Shown here: piece by piece, positions 1-14,400 of the stretch | Numbering within the stretch: position 1 is the first letter of the stretch | Layout: each line of letters begins with the position of its first letter | Source: Antedon mediterranea | Taxonomy: Eukaryota > Animalia > Echinodermata | Assembly (NCBI RefSeq): GCF_964355755.1 | Contig: NC_092670.1 | Coordinates: 12,076,795 to 12,140,794 of the forward strand | Direction: 5' to 3' | DNA length: 64,000 nucleotides | Notes under the pieces: model-generated | What the model was told of the DNA's origin: nothing | Database searches by the model: none | Seen by the model: the letters and a program-made list of their open reading frames with translations, nothing else | Made by a program: the position numbers and the translations under genes

Positions 1-1272
1 AGGTTGTTTTGTATAGCTTTTTGCTATTCTACACTGGCGAAATTATTCCCTGTATATAGAGTCTTATCCTGGTGGTTTTATTTTTCCAATGGGTTTTTAG
101 CCAGGGAATTGTTTTTGCACAAGAGTATAGCACTCCTTCGTGAAACCGACTAATGTTGCTTCATCGAAATATCAATCAATTTATGACATTTCTTCCATTA
201 GTCTATCAAAAGAAAATCCCTTGTCCTTTTAACTACCTTTTGATTTACCCCAACAAAAATCAACATTTTTATACAACAGATGTTTCACTGGTACAATTTT
301 TATGCAACTTATCTGACCCTCCTCGACAAACAGGTGGGTAAATGTGAAAAACAATCTAAAGATTATTGCCATTATTTACTTTATTCTTCTAATTTACTTT
401 CTTCTAAACATTCAATTTCTCACACATCGTTGCTCAAGACATTAACAGTGCTTTCTTCTACCAGAAGTAGAGATAAGTCATGTTAGGTTTACAGGTATAT
501 GGAAGCACTGATTGAGAAGAATAAGTGGGTACACCACCACCACCCACTGCTTAGCCTGTTAATATGAGAAATCTGATATTGAATGTAGCTTCTCATGGCA
601 TTCCTTTTTAAAATCAAACTACTTTTTAATTACTTTCATTCTATTTGTTTACACAATTAAAAACCGGATACATGTCAGCCAAGATAAACACACCCGTAGT
701 TCAATCAATGGGGTTGTGCTTCTTGGAAATGAGTTTAGCTTAGTTTAGATTGGAAAGTTTAGGTAGATAGACTCAGAGTCACTGTCCAGCATATTATATG
801 CATACAAGTTTAGACTCTCTACCAATCCAATCACATTTTACATAGGAGCAAATTCTTTGTTCCTTGTCGACACTTTCCTATTGAGATCAGATCTGCTTAC
901 ATACAGTACTTTGAGATGTGCACACCCCAACAAAAAGACTGCAAACCTTGAAACGAGAAACTTCATGCGAATACACTTAAAATGTTACAATAATAATTGC
1001 ACTTTTTTAGATTTGTGTAAACTGTAAGATTGTGTGTGTTTTTAAAATGTGTACAACAAAACACTACTTGTTTGATCATGACACTGACATTAAAGTACCA
1101 AGACAGTTAACAAATGTGTAACAAATATTATTAAATTATTATTTTTTACTATCTAGAATTAGATTATAATAGATTCAACTGAAAATATAGTATGTATGTA
1201 AGACAGTTTATTATATCAGCTGGATAGATTACTGTAGATGTGCATAGAGTATGTGAGCAAGGATTCAAATTT

Positions 1273-1389
1273 ATATACGGCTTTACCACGTTGAAACACC
1301 GGTTCTCGTCAGATCACTGAAGTTAAGCGACGTTGGGCCTGGTTAGAGCTTGGATGGGAGACCATCTGGGAATAACGGGTGCTGTATAC
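1273..1389 (+). rRNA. 5S rRNA-like sequence, most likely the head of a 5S-derived SINE (SINE3) rather than a functional 5S gene
   Basis: ATATACGGCTTTACCACGTTGAAACACCGGTTCTCGTCAGATCACTGAAGTTAAGCGACGTTGGGCCTGGTTAGAGCTTGGATGGGAGACC...GGTGCTGTATAC follows metazoan 5S rRNA over full length. Box A (AGTTAAGC) and box C (TGGATGGGAGACC) are present. There is no oligo-T terminator at the 5S 3' end. Confidence 0.75.
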
Positions 1390-1622
1390 GGAGCTGGGGT
1401 CCCGTTAGGCATTTGAAATCAGCACTGCTGACTCTTATGGCAGCCCCTGCATCTAGTATCTGCCTCAGACCTCTGGTCAAGGTGGGCACTGGACGAGAGA
1501 AGCCCTTGATCAATGTTAGGACCAATCAAGGTGCTTTAAACAGTCCTGGCTTTGTTTGTATCAAACCTGTTAGTGGCGGTAATTATCGCTGTTGGTTTCG
1601 ATTAAATAAAATAAATAAAAAT
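1273..1622 (+). mobile_element. 5S rRNA-derived SINE (SINE3-type): 5S head, ~215-bp body, (AAATA)n tail
   Basis: The 5S head runs into a GC-richer unique body and ends in TTAAATAAAATAAATAAAA at ~1602-1622. The first T4+ run is at 1624-1629. No clear TSD. Confidence 0.75.
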
Positions 1623-3471
1623 ATTTTTTACATAATAACCAATAGCGTAACTGAACATACTGTACTCACTATATTACCACTCTTTTTAAACACATTCATA
1701 ATGATATTAATATTGCACAGTATCAAAATAAAAATCCATAGTATTTAAGCAGAGTAAAAAAAATATTAACATAAAGTAAGTAACTTTAGAGAAATCATTT
1801 AAAATAAGTACTGCAGTGTAAATAAATCATTCTCAGAATATATATAATATTGCCTTAAAGACAATTGACTAAAAAAAGTGTGTACATGTATAGTACCTGT
1901 TACAACAACCATCGGTGATAGTACAACTAACTACTAGAGGGATTTACTGTACTGTAGATTTAGAATGTTGTTTAGAACTACACAACATAATGAGTGAGTT
2001 ATTAACCATTCACTCACTCTTTAACTCTTTAAGTTCATTTACAGGTAACGTGAATAAATTTAAACTGTAATGCAAAATTCTACAAAGTGTATGGCAAGTT
2101 CGACAGATCTATTGGCTTAAAGATGTTAAATTTTACATACCGCAGAAGGTTTTTATTTCTCTTTTAGCAGTGTAACTTGATAAAACTTGAATGAATGAAT
2201 ACATAGTAGCTTAACATAATGAATTTGTAATGTTTTTTTTCCCTCCCAATTTTTCAGATTGAATAAATTTTGCCTTGTTGGAGTAATTTGCTTGGGCAAT
2301 GTTTCCTTCAGATTTCCAATTCATGATCAAACAAAACTTTGAAACTAGTGAATCAATAAGATGGGCTAAACATCACGTAAGAGAAGTTGTCGCATGCGCA
2401 AACCTTTATATGTGTATAAAACAAATGAGTACCAAGATTTTACATTTATTTTTAACAGGGGTTTTTTTTTCCGGAAAAAAATACAAGCCTACAGTAAGCA
2501 ACTGAAAAAGATATTTACTGTAGGTCTAACTAAATTGCCATTTGTCTGGTCTCTATTTAAAAAGAGTATTTCAGGAGAAAAAGGGGTTCTTTAGAACCTT
2601 AACCTCCCTGACTACAGGCTCGAATATTATCAATCAAAACATGAAATACAATAAAGAAACTTACTGGTGAGGTAGCTTTAGATCGTTTTGTCACTTTGAA
2701 TTGCAACATGATGAAAATCTAAGCAGACAAATATATTCCAATAGTAAAGCAGTTCTTCGACAAACCATTAACATATTTTTAAAATCCACTCTTGTAGGAG
2801 ATTACACTCGTCGAAAAGTAAGAATGCCATTAGATATACGCATAAATCTTCTGGCAATGTTTAGCAACTAATAATAGCAGAGTTTATGTACATGACTGTA
2901 GTGTAATTTCTGTGTTGATATTGAATTATCAATGGAGAAAGTACAGATAGTTAGAAATAGCTACTGTACAGGCCGTGCCAAATCTAGAAATATACTGTTG
3001 ATCGATTCTACCTTGATCCTCATGAAAAATAAAACTCTATTGTTATTTTTTGACGTTCCAATGAGCTTTATGAAGGGAAAGCAATGTGGTTTAAAGCCCT
3101 AATAACAGTTTTAATTTCCATCTCAATAGATTGTTTAGAAATGTTTGAATTAGGATAAAGGACTCAAGTTGAATTCGTAAGTAGTTCGTCCTTGCAGTCA
3201 AACTTAGTAGTATCAAAAACTGAAAGATAGTCTACAAACAAATCTGTTTTTATTGATTCTGTAATCTTCAGTTATTTGTATTGTAAATAGTTCATTGAAA
3301 GGTCTATGTTATAAAATATTGTATTGAATTTAATATTGTAATTGTAATAGATTGTTGAAAAAGAGAAAAATTAAGCAATAATATACTGTGGTAATATGCA
3401 TCATGCTACTGTATAATATCCCACAAAACAACTTGATTTCAACATGTCATATTGGTACACTGGATCAACAT

Positions 3472-3535
3472 TTAAAGATGTATTGTCCCCCCAAAACATG
3501 AAAAATGAAGATTAATAAAATCGAACTTTGAATAC
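3472..3535 (+). mobile_element. Isolated Kolobok-type terminal remnant
   Basis: TTAA|AGATGTATTGTCCC...AAAAATGAAG matches the terminus at 57569 (TTAA|AGTTGTATTGTCCC...AAAAATGAAG). Confidence 0.55.
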
Positions 3536-3638
3536 AGTAGGCCATTTGGTAGTTTTAATAAAGTTATTTCTATTAAAAAAAAACGGTAAACGGTTCAGAT
3601 CCACCACGCTGAGAATAATTAAACCTATAGCTTGTTAC

Positions 3639-3743
3639 CTTTTCTCGGTCATCAGCGACGTCTTGTATCTGGTCATCAGGGTCTAAAATACCGCCATCAC
3701 TAATACTCTGTAGACTGTGGACAGTTATCCAGTAACCTGAAGG
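3639..3743 (-). CDS. PARD3: par-3 / PARD3 coding exon 2 (second half of the CR1 oligomerisation domain); gene continues beyond window start
   Basis: AG-flanked, GT-terminated 105-nt phase-0 exon: PSGYWITVHSLQSISDGGILDPDDQIQDVADDREK, matching the Par-3 CR1 motif YWI.V..L...DGGILD.DD...DVADD. Confidence 0.95.
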
Positions 3744-6700
3744 CTGGAGGAGAAAATAACAATACAATAGAATTCAAATATAAATACAACTACAGTAAAA
3801 CTACCCATACAAGCTAGGTGGCCACCACTATTAAGAAGACACCGTTTGTGAGGCAATGACCAACACCAATGCAGGAGACACTTCTAGGAACACTTTGTTG
3901 GGTTGTGAAGGTGTTCCCTTAATAGGGGGTCTACTGTAAACAAAATGATCAGCTTGCTTCCCAGTCAGATGCAAGCACATAGTCGCAACAAAAGTAATTT
4001 GACCAATCACAAGCATCTTGGTGGGATAAAAGAACATACGGATTACTGCAGTGGGTCTATGGGTTTGTTTTCAGCTTCTACCTTACCACAGGTGTACATT
4101 AACCCCATAGTGCAGTAGATTGGTAAACATATTCCTATCAATCAATGAAAGTGATATTTACTCATTAGTAAATAAAAGATAAAGGTTCTATCACATCAAT
4201 CAATGTAACTGATACACAAGTAAATTGAAAACTGTTGACAAGACAAAAGGTCAAGTTCGCTTACTGTATGTCAAACTTTGATCAATTCTTATTGACAAGA
4301 AAACTTGTAAGAAAAGTCTAAGTTGGTCAAGGCGTTCGAATCGCAGATGAAAACCATCAAGCGATTTCCAAAAATGGATTTAAAAAACATTTCATTTTAA
4401 GTACATAATTTTTTCGTTTTTCAGGAATTATGAAGCCTGCTTAGATAGGAGATTAATGTGGGGAAGTAGTCTTAAATCTCCTCTTATAAATGGATCTAAA
4501 GCCACAGTAAAATCACTTTTTGTAGAACCATTTTGTGTTTGTGACCACAATATGTATTTTGTACATACTGATCAGTCCAAGCCCGTAGCCAATGGAGTTT
4601 GCAGGGTTTTGAAAAAAACCCCGCTTTTTTCCTGAAGTGCCCTTTTCAAACAGAGACCATCAGCGAAAGTGATAGTAAATAGGCCTCAGTCTAATGCAGC
4701 AGACGAATCACTTTCATCTACTAGACCTAAATACATTTTTTGTTCAGTTGCACTTGCACCATGATAAACAAAAAAAAAAGTATCCTCTTCTCATCGACTT
4801 TACAACTGCTGGACAGAGTGAAACTATATTTGTTTTCTTTCAAGAATTTCACTTAACTTCCAAGTTTTATCAAATTACTGTAGCTCAATGCAAAATAGAA
4901 AATTTGTAATCTTTATTTTTGTTTTTCATTCATCAATTAATTCATTCATTCATTTCTTTATTAGCCACCACAAAAGGTGACACTTTGTTGGGTCCCAAAG
5001 GTATATGGATGCACTTATAGACATTGCAAATTATTTTCTATCTGTCTCAACTTTCTTAACTTAACTGAAACTCACAAATACTCTAAGACCTACTTATTCT
5101 ACTTACACAAGTTGATGATGCAATTAATATCTCTAATATGACTTTTTTTTTTTTTTAAAGCGTAAAAAAGCTTTTGGTTGTATAACAATAATGTGGATAA
5201 CAAACAGGTTGACAAACTTGATAAATTGCGCTAATAAATGCCAATCTATTTGAAAGATGAGAAAGAGTTGAAAGGAATGAATTGAAATGATGGTTTAATG
5301 GATTTCGGAATTGTATTTAGTATAGACAACATGCATCTGTTGTATAGGTAATATAATGAAAAAAAAAACTTGAATTGCCCAAGATAACATTGATTTAAAT
5401 CGGTCTAATATTATAGTTCAATTTAAGTTTATTCTATGGTCTAATTCCTTCTGTCTTCACACTTTTTTATATTATCTTTTAGGCCTTCTTCTGTATAGTG
5501 GATTTGCAGTTGTATGCGTAGTAGCCTAACTGTATATTCAGAAATGTTTGAATTACAGTGGAATCCCTCTTACGCTAATACGCCTAATCCCTCTTACGCT
5601 AATACGCCTTAGATAAAAAGTACCCACCTTGCTTGAGAACCCCATTAATCATAAGGTTACATTAAAAGTATGTGTTATTTGTTAAATTACCGTGTTATAA
5701 TGATCTATGTCTACGACCAGACTATTAGCCTTTGTAGTATACCAAGGTACCGATTGCAACCACCCATAACTTAATATCCTAGCCGGTATCTTTGATGTGT
5801 CTATGCTCAAAACCCTGGAGAGATCTTTTTTTAAGCTGATGTGCCATGTTGGCCCCAATAAAACACCTCAATGATATACTTTTACACTAGAAATAATATT
5901 TTAACACTTCATTTTAATTTTGTAAAACTTTATTAGCCACAAGAGAATCCATAATGTGCTATTTTACAATTCCACAAAGATTAAATGTTAATGCCAATTG
6001 ATCAATTTGAACTTTTGGAATATGGAACTTTAAAAAATCATATACAGTAATTTACTATATAAAAAATATGACATCATAATCATTGAACCATGTTAAGTTT
6101 GTTCATAAATCATAAAATATTAAATTGATTTTATTCATTCCATTCCAGTTTATGGTAAGGTCATATTATTTCTAAATTTGGATAAGAAAGATAGAACATA
6201 CAGGTTTTATCAAGACGTAGTTAAATAAGTTATTGGCGATTATGAACAATTTTCCAATAAAATACTACTATTTAAAATAAGTACAGTATGCTAGAATAAA
6301 TATAAACATTTTTTAAAAGAAACTTAAAAATTGATAGGAAAAAAAAAACAATTTCAAGACTAAAGAGAAACAAGAATTTAAATTTGTATCTGGTGCTGTT
6401 CAGTTTTCGTGACAGCTATAGATTTAAGGATTTTCTAGTGTCAGCAACCTGTTCCAGTTGAATCTCAGCTTCAGCCACCTAAATGTACATTTCTTGCTAC
6501 TGTACACCCCAGCTTTAGATCATGTAGGCCTACAGTACAGGTATTAAAACGTGAACTCTCAAGGGACACCTAATAATAGAGATTCTACATTACCTGGTGG
6601 TGATGAAATAAACTTGAGTTGAGAGGAGTAATTTATTGGAGCTTGAAAATTACACAGGGTTGAAAGAGGAACACTCAATGAAAAAAATCGGCATTTCAAA

Positions 6701-8814
6701 TGCGAAAAATAATTACTGGGTTGGGGGTTTGTGGACAATGAATATGTGACCCTGACCCTTGGTATAGGTGTATCATCAGAACCTAAACACCTGATGAAAG
6801 ACATGAAAAGATAAGGGCCTACTGTATTAAGTATGATGTCAAGAAACAGTTTACAGTACAAAAAAGACAACTGTTTGAATGCCTTGATGCATTTCAATCA
6901 AAAGACTACTTTTTAATTGTTTGGTACAGTACATATGTACTAAAATTAAAAAGTGTGTTTATTTATATAAAATTATTAATCGCTGCCCCTATCAAGAAAT
7001 CGTGTAAAAGACCACTGTTTATAGACAAAAACAATAAATAAATTCATACAGTATATACCCATTTAGACTCAATCAGAAAGGAAATCTAAAAAGTGTATAG
7101 TAATTAATATATCAGCCAAGAATGTATCAAATTTAAGATAATCTATCACCTTTATCTGCTATCTATTTACAGACAAACAGATGAAATAATGAGAGTGATA
7201 AAAACACAGGACAATGACCTTATAGAGTGCCATGTAATAATATGGCAAGGAAAGTTTATTGCAAAACATTTAAAACATATTACATGTGTTGTATACATTA
7301 CTATACTCTGCATTTTAAAGACATCCTCCAGTTCAATATAAACTAGATTTGAACTCGTCACCAGGAAAAATTAGGTGATACACGCATATTTATAACATAA
7401 ATCTTTGAAAAACTGATTAGGGTGGTATGATCGTTTAGACCATAATGTAAGTGCTTAGGGGGAGTACTGTAGTAGGAGAGGGGATGGTTCACTAAATAAT
7501 TATGAAATTCTCTACAGAAATGCAATACTATATAAGTATGTTGCACATCCCAGCTTTTCATCACAAATAATACAATGGCTACAGTGAATTCATTACAAGG
7601 CCTAAAAATACATGGGTTAATCAGGGAGGTGAAAAAATAATTATTTTTTCCCCTTCCTGGGCTAATGTTGGTTCATCCAGGCATGAAATAGACTACTAAT
7701 ATAAGAAATTAGTACTGTTACATCTTGGGTTTTGTTAACAGAAGCAGGTAAAAGTTTCCAGCAGATTCTATCTGCCTGTTAACAAAGTACAATATTCTTG
7801 CTGCCATCAAAAATGTATTACTATAAATACAGTACCACAATTCACAAACAATCCTGAACATAAATTTAGAAATTAATTGACTTTTAACAAGTTTATCAAC
7901 ATCTAATAATAGAAGCCAAATCAGAAAGAATACTTACAGCCAACGCCATCATCCTGCTGCTGAAGCGATCAATGACCCAAAGAAGAAAAAATTCAGACAA
8001 AAAAAAAACCTGTTATGTTTACCTTGGTGTTACACCAAAGTATTGTCCAATCAACGAGTAAACATCCACAGGACACTTGTCAAACACTAGGACCCTCAAA
8101 TTGGATGTGGTAATCTACGAAATCGCTTGTAATCAACATTGTAAATAAACGAAGCCACTGCTAAAGTTGTTTCTTCAACAAATTCACAGATGAACTAATA
8201 AGAGTTAAACAAGTAAGAATTACTGTCTCCTTGTCAAGTGGAAAACAAATTCCTCTGCATCACTACAAATGGATTTTAAGAAACACAGTTGTCATTATTA
8301 AAGAATGACAGATTTAGTGCTAAGCAAATTGTCCCCAATTTTCTTCATTATTTCACTCAAGAGTAAACATGATTGTTTAAGTTAAAATAAATATATATAA
8401 AAGATAAACAATTTACTTTATAATAAAGAACTGTATCACTATGATAACTGTATTTGTACGGAAGCACTTGCAGATGCCATCCATAACAAATGTAAAAGAT
8501 TATTTGCTTATTTTATGCATTTACTTTCATAGATGAAGCCTAGTTAAACAAAATAATCTGGCCTAAATAAAGGTCGTTCAACCCTTTTGTATACACAGAA
8601 TACTGTGGTGTGTTCATTCAAGGGGTTTAAGCTTAATTTATTGTAGTAAAAATTAGTTATGACCATAATCCACATACGGTAATTCTTACCACAGAGAAAG
8701 TTTGACAGAAAGTTTTTTTAAAAATTTGTATACTGCATCATCATTGTCTTCTTACAATTGTTTATAGTATATTTGTCATTATTTAAGGTACAAGGTAATT
8801 AAGTATAGTTTCTT

Positions 8815-9210
8815 TTGCCAAGAAAATTAGTTATTGCAATTGGAGTTTTGAAATAAAATTAATTTGGGTCAAGCATTATTTTATAAACCACTTAATTCAA
8901 TTTGTTTGCTAAAATTTGTTTGCAGTTTCTATTGCCAGAAAAATAGTTATAATAGGAAATTGAATTTTAAAATAAAAAATAATTTAAATGAGCATTGTTT
9001 TAAAAATCAGTTAATTGAAATGTTTTCCAGTATATTGCCATGAAAATAGTAAAATAGGAAATTGAGTTTTAAAATAAAAAAAATGTAGATGAAAAATTGC
9101 TGTATTGTATAAACTAGTTATTTGGAAATATTTCTAGTTTCTATTGACAAAAAAAATAGTTTAATAGTAGTAAATTGAGTTTTGAAATTTAAATGAAGCA
9201 TTGTTTCACA
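8815..9210. repeat. Degenerate tandem repeat, ~110-bp unit, about 4 copies
   Basis: Recurring TTGCCA..AAAATAGT..AAT.GGAAATTGAGTTTTAAAATAAAA..AGCATTGTTT near 8815, 8931, 9035 and 9143. Confidence 0.65.
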
Positions 9211-9457
9211 ATTTTTTCCAGTGCACAATATGCAGACTACTGGCTGCAATTATACAAGCAAGGATGAGTTCTATACTTAATTTGTCTCCAACTTAAATTT
9301 GTCTCCACATAAATGTTTATAAATAAGTCTGGTTGTTTTTCTACAGGCTACTTTCACATGTTGTAATGTTTGTACACATTTAAAGTTGGTTATGTAATGT
9401 GATAAGCTATTTGTACAATATTGTTCCTCAGACCCATGGATCCAGGGATTTCACTTA

Positions 9458-9660
9458 CTGATATCAAACTCTGGTAGTATTGACTGACATCTCAGGGTGG
9501 GTGGCAACCAGTAGCTGTGGTTATTGATGGGTAAAACTGACAAATGTTTTTTTTTTTATCAAAGTGATTCATCTATAGATATCAAAATCTAGTGACATTG
9601 ACAGACATACAGTCTCAGGGTGGGTAGCAGGCAACCAGTTACTTTGTGCCTTCTTGTGGT
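9458..9660. repeat. Short tandem duplication (~120-bp period)
   Basis: GATATCAAA.TCT.GT...ATTGAC.GACAT..CTCAGGGTGGGT.GCAACCAGT occurs at ~9460 and ~9580. Confidence 0.6.
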
Positions 9661-12600
9661 TATTAATTTTAAATTAAAACTTATTGCAATGGGAAAAAAA
9701 ACCCAAACTAGCAATAGTTTTAAAAACGCATAGCAAACATTTATAAATAGATGTTACTATAACAAATCAGGTTTTCAGGAAATTATTCATTACACTAGGA
9801 AAATATTATCCTAAAACTTAATACTTTAATCTTAAATATTAATCCCAGTTGATCCTTTCAAATGGGTTATCCTTTTGGAATGTGACACCACAATGGTAAA
9901 TAACAGAGAAATGGGATTTTAGGATTTGGAATAAAGAAGCCAGGAGTGAGCTAACCAAGTGCACCACACAGGCTTTCTATGGTGGGAACATTGGCGAAAT
10001 GATCGCTTTTTGATCCTGTGTGTTGGCCTAGAAACGAAAGCAGCCAACACTGACCTGTATGCTTAAAAATCTATTATTATTAAACAGATTTTAAAATCAT
10101 TACTGTATATTTATGAACACTAGAAATACTATGCTATATTCACAACATTTTTAAATTGTTAAAATATATTACTGTATTTCATAATGTGTAAAGAATTATT
10201 CACTACATACAAAGATCTGGCAGTTGTCCTTTACACAGCACATATATACAAATATTGTCACAGATCCTGGAGGGATGGACATACTACTATGAACAACTCA
10301 CTTTACAAAAAAAAATTGGAGCCAAAAATATGACGAATTGGTCCAAAAAGAACAAACTGCGACCAAATGTCCAGGATGTTGGGTAAAGCTTTACAGTACT
10401 CATCTCTGTCTTAATTACAATCTTGTACACCACAAGTGAAATTACGATCTAACCCTGCTACTAGTACAGTACCCACTGTACACTGTACTCCGGGATAAAC
10501 ACAGAATGTCAGAATAAAGAGCTTGCCCACAGGACACCAAAAAACCGAGCCTATCAGTTTCTAAATAAATACCTATAAAGAGGTGGGGATACTCACTTTG
10601 GTCCTCTAATAGCCACCTTTCAACACCGCAATCTTCACTTAGATATAAATGTAAACAAAAGCTCGCCAGATATTTCATTTGTCTAACTATCAACTCTTTT
10701 ATTAGTTGCCAAAAGGGATCTAACACTTTACATACATACTCTGCTGAACGCTTGACTGAATTTACAGAATCCTTACTAGTTCTACAGATTAGAAAAGATG
10801 CTCCCAATGGGGTTAATCTAGAATAAAGATGTCAGCGTCGTATTTATTTGATTTGATGTATAATAAAGCACGCAGATTTGAGTAAACTCAATACATATTT
10901 TACTCCTCTACTGGTTTACTGTAGATTATGAATATCAATGAAAGGCCTGTTCCGAAGAAATTATGAAATGCTTGAACACTATAACATATGTGCCTTTTTA
11001 TCACCCTATGTGTACAGTAGGCACAAACCTAAACTTTGACCATTAATAAACAGTAGAACTACTATTAAAGGGACACTTTTGAGACCCAGCAAATGGGTAT
11101 ATGCATACAAAATGTTCTAATACTATTCAGAATTGACATAAAATTATTATTAACTACCGAGCTGAAAATTCCAACAAAAGCTCTTGAATCAATAAAAAAT
11201 GTGCTATGGAATTAAATGGCTATTAGGCTTATGACAATATTCTGCAAGATGCAAGTCAAAAGTAGGCCAGTATGATCACAGTTTCTTGTCATCTACTACA
11301 ACACTCTTAAGTGCTGTACAACTATGACATTTGATTGGCTGATATCGTAGTTTTAATCAATGGTAAAAGTGATAATTCTATTCATAGTCAGGCCTTTGTC
11401 AACATTTTTTTCTTTTGACAAGCAATAGATAAATAATATGCAACACTTGAAATAACTCTAAAAAAATGGAAATTATTTTCAATTTATACCTAGATTGAGT
11501 TATATACTCTTCTATATTAATTTGCTATTTAAATCTAAAATTGAAATGTTTTTGTAAATTCATATTTTTAATTAATCTTTTGTCATTTCTTGCTCAATGT
11601 TGAATATGAATTGAAATAAAAAATGTTTGTCCTCAATTGATCTGCTTTTATGCCACAATAAAAGTGTCAAGTTTGTGTTGATGACAGGAGTTGAAATAAA
11701 TGATAAATACATACAAAACATTAAATACCAGGACAGAAAAAGAAGTCTGCTAGAAAACGGTTTTATTCATTGATTGACACGAAAATGAAATCTTTTATGG
11801 AAACATACCGTCAACTGAAATGTCTTTGTATTTTTTACGAAGATGAATAAAGTTGTATCGCCATTCAATACATAAATATTCAATATTGGGAGAAAATTCT
11901 CCCAATACCGATTAAGAACATTGGGCTGGACTAATATTTCTGGTTTTCTAAGAAGTCTGACATTTAGGCCCTTTTGGAGCTCAAGAAAAGTCTGTTTTAG
12001 AAAAGTTTGCAGTTTTTCCGAGTCTGGTTTTGGGAGAGTTGACTGTACTCACACATAAAGGTGAAACACTGTGTTAAGAACATCATGATTGTGTTGGCAA
12101 GATGGGCATCAGTAAGGGTATCTGAACCTTATCATGTTCCTATAGTACGATATGATTTATTGACTTCATCATTTCATATAATCAGATTTGCTTAATTAAT
12201 TTCTATATAAAACATACCACCTACAAGCAATAGGCCATGACCCATGACCCCGAGACAGGCAAACCTTACCAACTGCACTAAAGAAATATATTAAAAGTCT
12301 AGATTGATATATAGCTCAAGTTGTGTGTCTTGATTCAATATTAACTGGAAACCTATTACAGACAAATTGTGTTATTAAGTTCTATCTAGGGGATATTGCA
12401 AAGTGAAGATTGATAAACAGTCAGGGTACTTTGGTGGTCACGTACTGTCCAGAACCTATCTCACTGCTTGTTTCTATTTATAATACAACAAACTCCAAAA
12501 GAACAGAAAAGGATAAGTATACTTTGTTTGTAAACAAAGATCATGTTACAGCCTAATTTTTACTATCAAAACAAAACCGTTTCTCAGCTTTGTGGTTATA

Positions 12601-14309
12601 TTTAATGTCCATCATCCACATTACATCGTCCATATTTTTATTAACGATTTTAGTTTCATTTATTTGCATGACTGCAATGATGAGTGCATGTTCTACTCAT
12701 GAATAATTCATGATTTTCACTGACAAAATCTATCATAATTGTAAATACTGTAAGATGTTCTGCTAAATTATTACAGAATACTTATTTGCAAGTGTGTTTC
12801 AAACATGCCAATATACCTAGCTCTCCTTGCTCAAGGCCAATGTCAGCTTATCCGGGTAAGCTGGGCACAAAATAGACTGGATTGGAACGAATACCTTTTT
12901 TTTGATTTTCTGGGAATACATTTTTAAAGAAATAATTGAATACCTTAGGTTAGTATATAATATGATTCCCTAAAGAAGCAAATCGGCAAGCCCATACATC
13001 TCTTATTGGCTGCTGTAAGGTAACACCTTTTATGTAACAATAATGTAACAGGGGGAAAGCCAAGTATCAAAGAGAGATTGATACATGCACTACATAGTAC
13101 AGGTTGTAAATTATATCACTTTCCTCAAGAGATGTTAGAACTTGAAGGGTATAGAATTATGAAATAGGAATGATGGCCAACAGAAAAAAAGAACTTAATA
13201 TTTTCTAACTTAAGCTGTAGGCAAGTTTTAATGTTAATATCTCACTAGCTACAGTAGTAGAAGGATGGATACTGCTAGTGCACAATTTGTGACATCACAA
13301 TCCTAAGGGCGGGTGATGCTATCCTACAGTATGTGGATGACATTAGGACTAAAGACAATGAAGAGGATCTTCAGGGTGAATTGAAGATGTGTGGAGAGCC
13401 TTAAAATAAACTTTGAATTTAGTATGACCTTTTAAGAGAGTTTATGTTATAAGCTTCCTAACATTAATTTCTATCTACTTAACTTCCCCCAGAGTAGCAT
13501 ACACAGTTTGGTAGACACTCCCTGAATGCTACAGACACAGGTATAGAAAAAAACCTTTGGATGTTCTGATCTAATGCAGACACTATTTGAGCCCTGCAAA
13601 TGGACCATCACATACTACACCCTGGTGTAATCAATGACATGATATACGATCTAATGCATGTTTTCTGATTCTCATGATTCTTAATTTCATGTTTTTTTTT
13701 CATATAAAATTTATCTACCTGTCAATTTTTTGGCAGATCATCTAAATTCTGTTTCCTGGTTCAAACTGTGACATTGATATGGTTCAGCATTGTCTTTTGG
13801 AAATGTTACCGAAAAAATTCTATCCCGTCTCCACTATCAGATTGGGTTTGTAGATTTCCCCCACTTTCCACAATTTCTCAAAGTTTTTTCAATCTTCTTT
13901 ATCAGACTAGGTTTATGACTTTCAACATTTTCTCAGGATTTTCTTCTAATCTTACAAATACTGAACGGCTACAAATCACTACTTGTCACAAATCTGAGCA
14001 AATTTACCATACCAACTACGAGATTACCATAGCAACGGCACATACAGATAACATCTCAGGTGTAGACAAATTTGTAGGTCTCTACATAGATTAATTATGA
14101 ATCAGTTTAATGTTTTGGTTCAAAGCAAAATAGCAATTGATCCATATTGATCCTTACCAGGCACGAAATAGACTGTATTTTCCGATTTAATTCTAAATAT
14201 TCCATCTTGCATTGATTTGCCTTTTCTCATTCAATAAAATAAACAAACTATTTTATTTATTTATTTTTCATGGTCTATACCATTTACGGAGAGGGGGATT
14301 CAATGAAAA

Positions 14310-14400
14310 CAAAGTTATATCTCGCTCTTCGAGCAGAAAGGCTATTGTTGGTTTATCCAGGTAAGCTACAGTAGTAGGCACGAAATACTGTAGACTATTT
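14310..14400 (+). repeat. Dispersed repeat fragment (probable SINE/LINE 3' end); other copies at ~12845, ~14155 and ~23605-23675
   Basis: Shared ATCTCGCTCTT...GGGC.ATT.T.GGTTTATCCA.GTAAGCTAGGCACGAAATAGAC. Confidence 0.65.

Noticed and set aside
1350-1748. 132-aa ORF (and antisense 1343-1525)
   Set aside because: Runs through the 5S-derived SINE and its A-rich tail; no protein-like features.
10442-10807. 121-aa ORF as a nested gene in the par-3 intron
   Set aside because: Non-ATG start, no recognisable domain and no supporting exon chain.
12700-12714. CATGAATAATTCATG palindrome as a fourth micro-footprint
   Set aside because: No flanking 7-bp duplication.
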